The notes beneath the pieces are model-generated. The model saw only the letters and a program-made list of their open reading frames with translations. It did not search any database and was not told the DNA's origin. Shown in pieces: positions 45,698 through 58,506 of a DNA stretch of 64,000 nucleotides. The stretch covers positions 124,001-188,000 of the forward strand of contig JAAOMT010000665.1 of NCBI GenBank assembly GCA_016748015.1, written 5' to 3'. Source of the stretch: Geosiphon pyriformis uo1. Lineage: Eukaryota; Fungi; Glomeromycota. The position numbers and the translations under genes are program-made. Numbering within the stretch: the stretch's first letter is position 1; each line of letters opens with the position of its first letter.

Positions 45698-47017
45698 ACT
45701 ATTTAAAGATTCTTATAAGAATATGCAAATAAAATTATTTTTTAATAATATTATATCTATTTTTATTATATGTATATTATATATACTTAAACCTAAGAAA
45801 ATCTATAATCTGTAATAATTTATAGCAATTTGTATTTACCAAAGGCATAAGTTATCTCAGATTTGACTGTACTAATTATTTTTTAATATTTAATATCTTG
45901 AATATTCTTTTGTATTATAAAATTTGTTTTTTAAAATATTTTAAAATAACTTTTAATAATTTGCTTTTAAATAAATGTAATAATATTTTGAATTAAAAAA
46001 CTTTTTATTGTTAAAAAAAATTGGATTCTAAAAAATTAATATTATATTAGTTTATTTTAGCTACAAATTTTATGTATGTTAATAATCTAATTAATACTAA
46101 ATTTATGTTAATTTATAAATATTATTATTATTATTATTATTTAACAAGTATAATTCAGTTATTATCTAGTAAACAGAATCAAGTAAGATAATTCCAACTA
46201 AATATAACTCATGTACTTACTATATGTGACTAGCTATTTAAGCCAATTTAAATAACACTATGCATTTATAAAAACTATTGGAACATTATTAACACCAAAG
46301 AAGAATACATAAAGTAAATGCTTACCAAAACTTACTGTTAAAAACTTAATGATACCAAACATATTTAACAACTTTGTGTTTAATTTAGTAGACAACATAA
46401 AAATCTTATTGTTAACTTTTACCAAACCAGCTTTTTTTAATTCTACCCTATACTTTACTTTGACACATTATATCTTACAGTAATAAGAATTAACTAAATA
46501 GTAAGAAAATTTTACCAGAATAAAAACAGTCTTTTTTTTATTGTCAAATATACATAAAGCTTTTTTGGTCTAATCTTTGAAAACAAAATCTTTGCAAAGA
46601 ATCATATATAACTCAATATTAAACAGACAGAGCAACAAAGACTACACAACTAAAGAAAACATAGGCACTTTTCTACCAGCCAATTGTAACCCTAATCCAA
46701 TATAATTCAAACCCAATTTTCTCCATCAATTTACATTTTTTAAGTATGTAAACAAATGGTTTAAAATCTTTACTTGTCTACAAAATAAGCACAAAACACT
46801 TAGATATAATTTGTCATACAATTTTTTATGCACAGTAACAGAAAGTCTCCCATAAACAGCTTTTATCATATAAGTTCTTAGAATGTTAATAAACATATCA
46901 GTAATTTCAACAAGCATGTGTGAATTAAAATGTCAAATTTCAGCTATACAAACTCAATTAATATTACAAACAAAAAATCTATCAATAATTTTAGAACTAG
47001 AACCCACTTTTTAATAA

Positions 47018-47906
47018 TATTACATATGATTATTTAGAAATATTAGTACAAATAACAAATTCATAACTTGGTGCTTAATAATTGATAATAGTTAGTAATA
47101 TCTGAAAAATTTTGTAATTTAAAGGTTTTGGTTGAGTTTTTTATATAATAGACAGAGATTCAATAATTGTTTTAGTATCTGTCCCAAAAAGTCTTTTCAT
47201 AAATTTTTTTCTCAGCATAGTAACTGGTTTTTTTAATAATGTTGTCTTTTTGGTAAACTATTCTCAATTCTATAAGTTCTCTATCTTTGTTTTATAGATT
47301 TTTTACCAGACTATTCTTGATATCAAAATATTTAGTGCTTAATTTCTTTAATCAGTTAGTAAAACAACAAAAAAAAATAAAAATAAAAATAAAAAATAAA
47401 ATAAAAAATTAGTATCCTGTTAATAGTTATAATTAAGAGTTATTAGTCTAGTATAATTAAGTATTAAATTTTATTAACATGAAGTGTTGATAGAATAAAA
47501 GTGATTAATATTTTTTAATTAAGTAATAATAATATGAATTCAGATAATAATTGATATTTTTATTGATATGTAATTTAATTTTGCTTTAAATTATAAAAAG
47601 CTATCTTTTAAAAAGAGAGATATTAGATAATTAATTGATTTTAAACTAAATTCTGTCTTTTTTGTTTCTAATATTCTTACTATATATACATAATTAATAT
47701 TATATGAAATTTTTTGAATTTTTTTAATTTTTCTAACCAGGAATTTTAAAATTCCTGAAATTTTGTAATTCTTTAAGAGAAATTCTAAAATTTCTGAAAT
47801 TCTGCAATTTTTTGAAAAAAATCCTGAAATTTTTCTTTTACTATACCTAATTTTAATTGGCTACTTTATCTTCTTATTAAGAATTCCTAAATTTCTATAA
47901 GTAACA
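47018..47906 (-). mobile_element. Solo LTR, family B
   Basis: Aligns with 51540-52115+59903-60188 and 61162-61926; termini TATTAC...GTAACA (decayed TGTTAC/GTAACA). Confidence 0.8.
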
Positions 47907-50900
47907 ACATAATATATAAATCTATATATATTACAGATAAAATAATAAGTATTGTTAAAAACAGCTGTGTTCTTAATTATAATAAAACATTCATAAATTT
48001 TACTTAACAAAAACAAGAAGGAGTTTGCAGTTATACTTGTTATTTGATCTACTTTAATATTATCTAAAATACCCAAATAACTCTTAATTTTAATCTACTT
48101 AATTATAAGATTCTTGTTTTTTATTAAATTAGTAATATGTCTTTTTTTTATCCAACATTGATTACAAAAACCCAGTGTATTAAGTTTAATCTCAAACATA
48201 CATATATTAATAATAGTTTGGTTATCTAGATACAAAATCACTATACAAAAAAATAAGATATACTCTAAAAACAAAGCAATAGTCTGTAATTTGGTTATTG
48301 TAAATAACAAAAAACTATGCATTTTAATACCAATTCTTATATCTAATACTGAGAAATATGTTGCAGTCTCATAAACCACCTCCATAAAATCCAAATTTTT
48401 TAATAATTTATTAGTATATACTTTAATGGCTTTTGTCAAATCTTATATAAATGTTTACAGATATTAAAAAACTTATTAAATTCCAAAACATTCAATCTAT
48501 TTGATTTATTAATACAATTAAAATCAACCATCAAAAAAGCACTATTATAAAAAACTTTAAAACCAACTTAAACCAAAACAGCACAGAATTTTTAAGATCT
48601 AATCTTTTTTAATAACAAAATGTTTTTTAATCTATTACACTACTATATTTATCTAAGAGTCTGTTACTAAATACCATATTAAATTTTTTTAAAAAGCAAA
48701 CTAAATTATAATACAAAAACTTTTCCAAAATATATAACATCAAAAATTTTTTAAAATTGTAAAATACACTAGGCAGCTTGCCATCCAAAAATAAATTATT
48801 AACCAAAAAAATCTTTATTACTTTTGCCAAAAAATTGTTAACAAAATTAATATACAACTTAACAAAATATTACAATAAATTTGAAAAAATTTAGTCCAAA
48901 ACCTGCAAATTCAAATGTTTATAATCAAATAACTGTCTAAAAATGCCTAAAAAATTGGCAAAAAACATTATTGATGCTAATTTGGCCTTAGCTTGTATTT
49001 GCTCAAAAAATTTCAAGTCATATAAAGATAGATAATATAATATTTTACTAGAAAAGTTATGTGGTAAATTAGTCTTAGACTTAAGAATTTTTTTAACTAT
49101 AACATTCTACTTATAATACATATTTGATAAGACAAAACTAAGCTGAGATTTATAGCAAATTATGAACTGTAAAACAGCCAACACCAGATAAGAGAATTGT
49201 TTATCTGTAATAGTTTTTTTAAGTATTACATTAACAAAAAACTAAACATTAAAATAAGCCTTAACTAAATTTGGCTTAAACAATCTTTTAGTTAACAAAA
49301 AGATATTCAAATATCTGTGTATTTTACCTTTTTTGGCAATAAAAATCAGCAAATTACTAATTTTCAAAGAAGCAATTTTAATGCTTTGGTTAATAAAAAT
49401 AGCTATTATTTTTTTATTGTTAATTAAAATATTATTAACCATAAAAAATTTACTAGCTATGTTTAAAACATACTATGTAGAAGCTTAATTATTTTCAACC
49501 CAAATTGTGTTATCAACAAATGTATTTGTAGCAAAAAAGAAAGACATCCTATTATTGTTTTCAATTTTGTCTGTTTTGATTACAAACTTAGTATTAATTC
49601 AATATTTATACAAATGTTTATGTCTCTTAATCTTACACAAAAGTAGATCATAAAAAATTCTCCAAAGAAAAGATAAAAAAATCTTTTTTTGATTCAACTT
49701 ATCTTGCATCTTATAGCCATTCAAAAGTCTAAAATTAATTATTATCTTATTAATCTTATCTTTATGTATGCTGCTAAAAAATTTGATAAACTAATTACAC
49801 ATCTTGATTTATTGCAAACTAGCTTTTAAATAATATTATCTAATTAGATTATATATTTTGTGCATATTCTACAAAACCAACCAAAGTTTTTTATTTTTTT
49901 CTAAAACATTCTTAACTATAAATCCAATAACAAACACAAAAGACTGAGTTAAAATACTTTTTAATACTAAAAAATTATTACTATATAGAATATCAAACTT
50001 GCTATATATAACTAAAATATAATCAAAAAAAATTTTGGAAAGAATTTTTCTGGCTGTTTTAATTAAAACAATAAGTTGGATGTTTGTTAGAATTCTATTC
50101 TAATTATATGATTTAAAAATTATTGAAACCCAAACTCTTTTTTATAAAACAAAAACATTACTAAAAGACAAATATGCATTCAGTAATTTCAAAAAAAACT
50201 TTATCATATTATTACTATTATGTTTCCAAAGTTTATTGGAGATGTCAAACAATCTGACAGTTTTATTATTAGACAGATCACTAATCACCAAGAGTAATTT
50301 TTCTATATTAATTTTTTTTATTATTCTGGAAAAAGTATTATTATTTATATAGTCTAATAACAGATATTAGTAAATTTAAAGATCAGATATTACTAAAAAC
50401 ACAGTCTGCTTTTTTGTCTAACTTTTTATAATCTTGTCAATATTAAGTTTTATTTCTTTTGGTTTCAAAACTAATTCATCTTTTACTATTAAGTAATTCA
50501 AAACTACTTTATAAAAAGACCAGTCCAGAATATTTTTTATTATGTCTTCTTTATTTGAACAAAAATTTTTCATGTGCTTTTTAATTATCTTCTTAATAGA
50601 TGTTTTTTTAGCCAGCTTTGACTTATATAATTTGGATTTTCTGTATTTCTTGTAAACAATTAACAAATATTTAAAAATATCTACTAATTTCAAATTATTC
50701 TGAACCATATTTATGACTTTGAAAGTCTTACTATTATTTAAAGTTGACTATTTTTTAGCAAAATAGTTGAATTCAAACATATTATTAGAGCTTAACTTCT
50801 TAACAATTTTAGCAATTAGCAATTTCAATCCAAAAAACTTAAAAAAATGTTTGTTTTTCAAACACTAAAATTCATTGAAATAATGTTTAGAGAATATTTT

Positions 50901-52115
50901 ATTAATAGATCTTATTATTATTTTACTCAGCAACTTTTACTTAATATCCAAATTTTTATAAGTTTTTGCTCTCAAAAACTTATCTGTTATTAATACATAT
51001 TTAGCAAAAAAACATTTTTTAAATTGTATTCATTTTGTACTATCTACATTTTTGATTTTAAACTTCTAGTAATCTTTGTTAGCTTGCTTGTATAGGCTAT
51101 TTAAATAAACATCTAATAAATTATTTAAACCAACTATTACTGAAACTGCTTTGTGATTAGTATTAAAAAAGTCAAATACTGATTTGATTTCATAATCAAT
51201 AACTGCAAAAAACAAGTCTTTATTTACAAAAATGTAATCAATAATCTTTTTAACACCTTTTAAATTCTTTTAAGTAAAGGCTTTAATTAACAAATGCCAA
51301 TTAAATAAGTTAACCAAATCCAAATTCAAACAGAACTTAAAACTTGCACTTTTTTGAATCTATTTTTATTGAAGTCATTACTTATGATCATAAAATTGTT
51401 AGAATTGATTGCTTTGGCAATAAAAAAGTTGATTTTTAAAGTCTAATTGAATCTAGCTTTAGCAAAAACACCAGTATACAAACCCAAAACCATATCTAAA
51501 AGATTGTTTTTAAAAAAAAGCTGTATTGAGATAACACAATATTATAGATAATTATTTGAGGTGTTAGAACAAATAACAAATTTATAACTTGGTACTCAAT
51601 AGCTGAAAATGTTAGTAATTTCTGAAGGTTTTGAAGTCTAAAGATTTTAATTAAGTTTTTTATATAATAAACAGAAATTAAATTAATGATTTTTTTTATG
51701 AATCTCTTTTTTTAACATGATGGCCAGTTTATTCTAGCAGTTATGTCCTTCTAATAAGCTATTTTTAAATTTTTTACCCTTTTTCTAGGTTTTTTACCAG
51801 GCTATCTTTGATGTCAATTACTTAGTACTTAATTCTTTTAATCAATTAGTAAACAACAAAGAAATAAAACAAAAGAAAATAATAAAATAATAAAAAATAA
51901 TAATAAAAAATAAAAATAAAAATAAGAAATTAGTATTCTATTAATAGCTATAATCAAAAATTATTGGTCTAGTATAGTTAAATATTGAATTTTATCAATA
52001 TTTTATGTTGATAATAAGGAAAATAATTAATATTTTTAATTAAATAATAATAATATAGATAAAATAATAATAGATAATTTTATTAATATTAATATAATTT
52101 CATTTCAAGTTATAG

Positions 52116-52840
52116 TGTTATGGTTGAGACCTATACTTCTTATTAATTATCACATGTATTAGTTACTGATATCATATAATTAGCCACACTATTTTTAGAA
52201 AGTAATTATTGACCTGACTGTTGACTTGACCATTGACCTGATTATTGACCTGATCAATAATCTGATTATTGACCTGATTATTGACCTAATCATTGACCTA
52301 ATTATTGACTACTTTTGACAGCTATATAAGCAATGAATCTCTTAGCTGTAAAAAAGTATGTAATAACAAGCATCTGAATAATCAAGAATAAATAAAATAA
52401 CAACTTTCATCTCAATCCTTCTCTTATCACTAATTTTCCTTTCCCTACCTTCAAGTATCTGAACATCTTAAAGATAAAAGATTACTTGTTGGCCTTTTCC
52501 TAACATATATAATTGTAGCATTTGAAGATTATTTGAATAAACGTGACTGAAAAGCACAAATTGATACCTAATATTGAATTCTAAGAGTGCTAACATGAGA
52601 CATAGAATTATACCAGTAGTGATCAATTGTTGACAGTACGGACTATCCCTCTATCTTCAGATTCTCCAGTTACTTTTGAAAAGAATAGTGACTGAGATAT
52701 TTTATGAGAGTGATCTTACACATTGAATCCATACTCATTCAATTTGCTCTTTAAAGTTGAATTCTCTTTTGATTATTTCCATCACCCTACAATCCTGTTC
52801 TCCCTTGCTATCCATTAGCTTGTTACTCCAACCCATAACA
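52116..52840 (+). repeat. Gypsy A 5' LTR
   Basis: TGTTATGG...CCATAACA; aligns without indels to 59174-59898. Confidence 0.95.
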
Positions 52841-52846
52841 TAAAAG

Positions 52847-52863
52847 TGGTGCTCTCTGTGAGG
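52847..52863 (+). promoter_or_regulatory. Primer binding site, probably elongator tRNA-Met
   Basis: TGGTGCTCTCTGTGAGG lies 6 nt after the 5' LTR and resembles the complement of elongator tRNA-Met 3' ends. Confidence 0.65.
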
Positions 52864-52892
52864 TTGTCAAAATTCACTTATTTTTTCATTGT

Positions 52893-54446
52893 ATGGATGA
52901 TTATTCATACTTGCCACAGCAATCAGAAGGACACTTTGCAGCATACAACAACAACAACCTAGAGTTTATTGAACTCAATCCTCTGCCCTCCTGTTTAATC
53001 TGTTTCCCTGTTGAAGAACAATTCAGTAGACAATTCCAAGACTTTTGGAACTGGTTTCTGAATGAACATTCAGCTGAAACCTACACAGCTTATACCATCT
53101 ATTACTTTGATCAAGCTTATTTTGAAGACAATTTTGAAGAAAGAAATACCAGTATTAATCAGCTCTTATACTCCACAACCTTTGAACAACAGCCCCCTGA
53201 TTTCGAATATCTGAATCACCAAATCTATATTTGGATTACTGCTCACCAACTAGCTGAAAACTCCTTTAAAACAGAAGAAAAAAATTACCAAACTGCCTCT
53301 ATTTTTGATATTTTTTCAAGTGAATCAGAGCACTTCACACAAACAGTAACTCCTGAACCAATGGCCCAAGATCCAATGCAAGCAAACATCCTGGCTGCCC
53401 TCCAAGGTATACAAACTGCCTTGGGGTGAAGAAACAACACTCTATTACCATTATTTAGAGGTGATGCACAAGATCCAATTGAATGGTTGGATGACTTTGA
53501 GAGAGCTGCTACAGCTAACCAATACAATGATGAGTACAAGTTTCAAATTGTTAGTGGCTACCTTCAAGGCTCCCCTGCCACCTGGTTCTTACAGAAAACT
53601 GATGCCAATGTCCATCAAAGAATCATTAGATGGATGCCAGTAAATGCTGGAGAAAACAACACCTCTTTCACAACCCAGTTTGAAAACAAGTTCAGAATCC
53701 CAATCTTGATATCCAAGTGGTGCATAGAATTGGAAAGAAGAACTCAAGGTCCAGAAAAAGTAGTAACTGAATATGCTAAAGCAATCAGAAAGTTAATCAA
53801 ATGAGTGGACTTTAGAAGAAACTGAACAAAAGAACAAAAGATTCATTCCTTTACAAAAAGATTGAGAACCAACTTATCCTATACTCTTTGGCCTCTCTTG
53901 GCTCCAAAAGATAATCCTACAATGGACATGGCCATTGAACTTGCCCAAAGAATTGAAGACAACTAAAGAATGCACTTGGAATTCACACTTCCAGTTTTCG
54001 CTCCTGCTCCTGTTATGGCTTCTGCTCCTCAAATGGCTGCTACTTTTTTTGCTGCCCAAACTTAAAATCCAAATGAACAGTTGATAGATAGACTTACAGC
54101 AAATCTTGCTTGGCTATTAGAACCATTAGCCCAAGCAGTCAAAAATAACCAGCAACCCCAAAGACCCAGATTTGAGCCATGCTTTAATCAGTCTTAGCAA
54201 CCACCTTATCAAAGACAACAAAATCATGGCCCACCTGTGTGCTATCACTGTGAATTAACTGGACATTTTTCAAGAGATTGCAACAATCTTCCCTTACCCC
54301 CTCCAGCTCCCAGAAACAATGATAACCAAAACAACAGAACTATTAACAACAATGCTCCCAATTAAAGACCTAATCATGCCAATATCAATTTCTTTGGAGA
54401 GGATCCCCTAGTTGAAGCCACTGTTTATCAGCCTTTAAACTGGTAG
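52893..54446 (+). pseudogene. Gypsy gag with N-terminal extension (premature stops, no net frameshift)
   Basis: PLFRGDAQDPIEWLDDFERAATANQY capsid motif and CYHCELTGHFSRDC knuckle; ATG 52893 and TAG 54444 are in the same frame. Confidence 0.85.
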
Positions 54447-54480
54447 GTGCACCTCCAAAGGGTGAGAGTGCAAGCCAACC
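54434..54480 (+). promoter_or_regulatory. -1 programmed ribosomal frameshift signal (T TTA AAC + stem-loop)
   Basis: The slippery heptamer is in gag frame and is followed two codons later by the gag stop. The -1 frame is open into the protease. A TGCAC...GTGCA stem lies downstream. Confidence 0.8.
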
Positions 54481-57127
54481 AGAAGAAAACTCCTTTTATG
54501 TCTTTAACTTAACTTATGATGACTATGACATAGATGAACTAGCAATTAACACCACAGAATCAACAAGGAAAAAGAAGAAAGCCAAGGTTGATTTTGTTTT
54601 AGATCCAAACAAATCATCCACATCAACTGTTGATAATAATGAGCCACCAAAAGCTAAAGTTTTTAACAATTCTCCAAAGCTAAAACCCTCAGAAATAGTA
54701 CAAAAATCTGGACCTTATTCTATTATTAAAAATTTCATAGAAACTCTAATACATATTACCTTTGGCCAGCTAATGATCCATCCACAGTTTAGAAAAGATT
54801 TTCACAAATCTTTAATCCCCAAGAAGAAAATACCAAAAACCAACAAACACTCTTGTCAAGCTGGACTTGCTGACAACAGCAATGTTACCCCTTTAATTTG
54901 CAAAGCCCAAGTGGCTGGTTATTTCATCGATTTGATCCTAGACAGTAGATTATTTGTGAGTGTCATTGCCAAACATTTCTTAGAAGCAATTGGCAGAAAA
55001 ATTGACAAATCTTCCACCAGACCTATGACCAATGTACATAGCAATAAAAAGAAAGGTCTTGATATTGCCAAAGCTATTCCTGTCCACATCAATGACATCA
55101 GCATTGAAACTGACATAAAGATTTCTGAAACAAAGGAATACACCATCATTGTTGGCAATAAGTGGCTCAAGAAAGCAAAAGCCTTACTCGACTATAAACT
55201 GTATGAATTAACCATCAGATGTAATGAGAAGCCCATAGTGGTTAAATGCCGCCATTGGACAACTCTCCCAGCAAACAAACAGGAACAAGAAAAAGAACAA
55301 TCAGACAAATCAGATGATGAAGAGAGTGATGAAGAAAAAGAACAAAAGGAACAAAAAGAAACCACTGAACTTACATACACTATCTTTATCAGCAATGACA
55401 AGCCACTAGACAATGTCAAAGCTGACAAAGAAGGAATCATTGTAAATGATAAGCTAATCTGCTGGCCCTACTATAATATCCTTAGAAGAATCTTTGACCA
55501 AAAACCTGGCAAGAAAGCCAAGTACTGTTATTAGTGGCATGGTTTTTGTGCCCAGTGCTAATGCAACCAACCCTTGTATTCTCCAAGTAATGAATGCAAA
55601 TCATGCTTGATCTATTACAAAGATTGGGAACAAATCAGTTTAATACCAAGAGAAGAATTGAAAAAAGTCCAAAAGTCCTTTGAAAATGAACCACCTGAGA
55701 TCCAATTACTAGTTGTAGAACAAAGAGAACCCTCTTCAGAAGAAAGAAAAATAGACATTGAAAATCTGCTGGCTAGAAACAGCCTAGTTATCTTAAAAGA
55801 AAGTGACATCTCTAGACGAACTCATGTGATACAACACACCATCACCATCAAAGAAACTTGCCCCATCTATCTAAAGCCATATCAATCCAATTGCCACAAT
55901 AATGAGTTCATCAAGAAAGAAATAAAATAAATGAAAGATCTTGGATTCATACAAGAAACCAAGAGTGAATAGGCTTTCCCAGTTGTAGTAGTATCCAAGA
56001 AAGGTGGAATCCTGCACTTCTGTGTCAATTATTATCAATTAAATGCCATCACTGAAAGAGGCATATACCCACTTCCCAAAATTGATGCAATGCTAGATCA
56101 ATTCAAGAGTGCTGCTTTCTTCTCAGCTATTGATCTAACTGCTGGATTTTGACAAGTAGAGATGGATCCAGAAAGTTGGAAAAAAACCACTTTCATAACC
56201 AAGTATGGCAGCTATGAATTCACAGTCATGCTTTTTGGTCTCACCAATGCTTCTCCTATCTTTCAATGCTTAATGGACAAAGTATTTGAATCAGTGAAAA
56301 AAAATTTTGTTCTGGTTTATTTGGATGACATAATGGTGTACTCAAAAACTTGGAATGAACATCTTAAACATTTGCAAAAGGTTTTTGACTTTCTTAGAAA
56401 TGCTGTCCTTAAGATAAACCCAATCAAATCTTTCTTTGGATGGCAATCAACCCAATTTTTTGGCCATCTTATTACAAAAAATAGAATCTTTCCTGATCCA
56501 GCCAAGGTTGAAAAAATCCAAAACATTAAACAACCAATGAATGTTCATGAACTGTGCTCTTTTCTTGGTTTGGCTTTTTATTATCGGAAATTTGTCAAGG
56601 ATTTTTCCAAAATTGCCTTTCCACTCAATCAGCTACTTAAAAAAAATATCAATTACCACTGGAGTACACATCAACAGAAAGCATTTGAAACCCTCAAAGA
56701 AAAATTGGTTACAGAACCTATTCTCAAGCAACCTAATCTGGATCAATCTTTTATTCTTTATACTAATGCATCTGGTTATGGACTTGGTGCTGTCCTGTCA
56801 CAAAAAGATGAAAATGACAGGGAACATGCAATAGCATATGCCAGTAGAACCCTTACACCAGCAGAACAGAACTATTCAGTTACTGAACAGGAATGCTTAG
56901 TAGTAGTCTGGGCTACCAGTTACTGGAATAAGTATCTCCTAGGGGTAAAGTTTTTGGTAGTAACAAATTACCAAGCTTTGGTTTAGTTATACAACAAAAA
57001 GAAGCTGGAACATAAAAGAATAACTCACTGGATACTCCACTTGGACGAATTCGACTATGACATTCAACATCGCAAAGAAACATATCATCAAAACACTGAC
57101 ATTCTCTCTAGACTTACCATCCAGTGA
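54434..57127 (+). pseudogene. Gypsy pol: protease, reverse transcriptase, RNase H
   Basis: LILDSR (decayed DSG), FGLTNAS, VYLDDIMVYS, LYTNASGYGLGAVLSQ, ILSRL. Confidence 0.9.
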
Positions 57128-57189
57128 CAGTACAACTACCTCAAACCAAACCAACCTAATTATTAGTAATTCTCTCACAACCAAACACG

Positions 57190-58506
57190 ATAATAAACTT
57201 GGACAACTACTATGCCTTAATGAAATTTTTGGGTAAAAAACAATACCCACCAGAATACAATCAACAGCAAGGAGAACATTTGTGCAAACAATCAAATTTC
57301 TATTTGATCTGTCAGAACCAACTATACAAAAAAAACAGAAAAGATCCTAACCACCCCCAAAGAGTCATAAGATTTGAAGAAAGAGAAATTGTGATCTATA
57401 ACATGTACACTGATCCATTAGCTGGACATTTTGGAAAAACTAAAACAATTCAGAAAACTCTAGCTTGCTATTATTAGTCTACCTTGGGAAAAGACATTGC
57501 TGAGTACATTAAAACCTGTGATACCTGCCAAAGAAAAGAAAAACCCAATAGAAAAGATGATATCCATTCAATCTCTGTTGGCCAACTATTTGACAGGATT
57601 GGTATAGATGTTGTTGGATCTTTAACAATAACTCCTGATGGCAATAGATACATTATCACAGCTACCAACTATCTTACAAAGTAAGTAGAAGCAAGAGCCA
57701 CTTCAGACCAAACAGCAGTCTCAATAGCCAATTTCATTTATGAAAATATCATCTGCTATTATGGCTGCCCCAGAAAACTTTTATCTAATAAAGGAAAAGC
57801 TTTTCTCAGTACACTAGTTGAAGAACTTTGTAGAAAAATGGGAATACATCACAAATTTTTCTCTTCTTATCACCCCCAAACAAATGGCCTAGTAGAACAT
57901 TTTAATAGAATACTATGTAAAACTCTAACCAAAACAAGTGAAAAAACAAACTTATGGGACAAAGTACTGCCTTCAGCTTTGTTTGCTTATAAAACTGTAA
58001 ATCATAACATAACAAGTTATAAACCTTTTTATCTGCTCTATAGATACATGGCAACACTACCAATAGAAACTAACATTGAGACAATATCCTTTGAAGAGAT
58101 CACAATAGCAAATTACAAAAACATTTTGCAAAGAAGACTTGGTACCATTCTTAACTCATTGATAAAAGCACGAATAGTTGCTTTTGAAAAAATAAAACAG
58201 TTTCAAAAAAAGCTTAAAAAGAAGAAAACCTATAAAACACTTTCTTTAAGTGTTGGTAACTTGGTATTAGAATATTGTTCAGACAGAGACAATGTTTATG
58301 GTGATAAATTCTTTAGCCAGTGGAAAAGACTCTTTATAATCAACAAAGTTTTGAACAATGGTTCTTATATTCTTCAAGATCAATTTAGAACAATCTTTAA
58401 TGATCGATCTGTTCATGGTATGCAACTCAAGAAATATTACAAACGACTTGATTGGTTGCTTGTTGTGGTAATACTGACTCAAATGATCAACAAAAATCAA
58501 GTATAA
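57190..58506 (+). pseudogene. Gypsy integrase (HHCC + DDE), in a different frame from RT/RH; no chromodomain seen
   Basis: AGHFG...CDTCQR, IGIDVVG, YHPQTNGLVE, VHGMQLKKY. Confidence 0.88.

Larger units (their letters stand above)
43226..45869 (+). mobile_element. pogo/Tigger-like (Tc1-mariner superfamily) DNA transposon
   Basis: TA|CAGTCAAACCTGAGATAACCCATA...CATAAGTTATCTCAGATTTGACTG|TA, i.e. ~24-bp TIRs with TA target duplication; subterminal repeats of CTGAGATAACCCATA; internal transposase. Confidence 0.93.

Noticed and set aside
47014-47910. Target-site duplication for the solo LTR
   Set aside because: The flanks ATAA and ACAT do not match, and the host LINE reads through without duplication, so no TSD is claimed.
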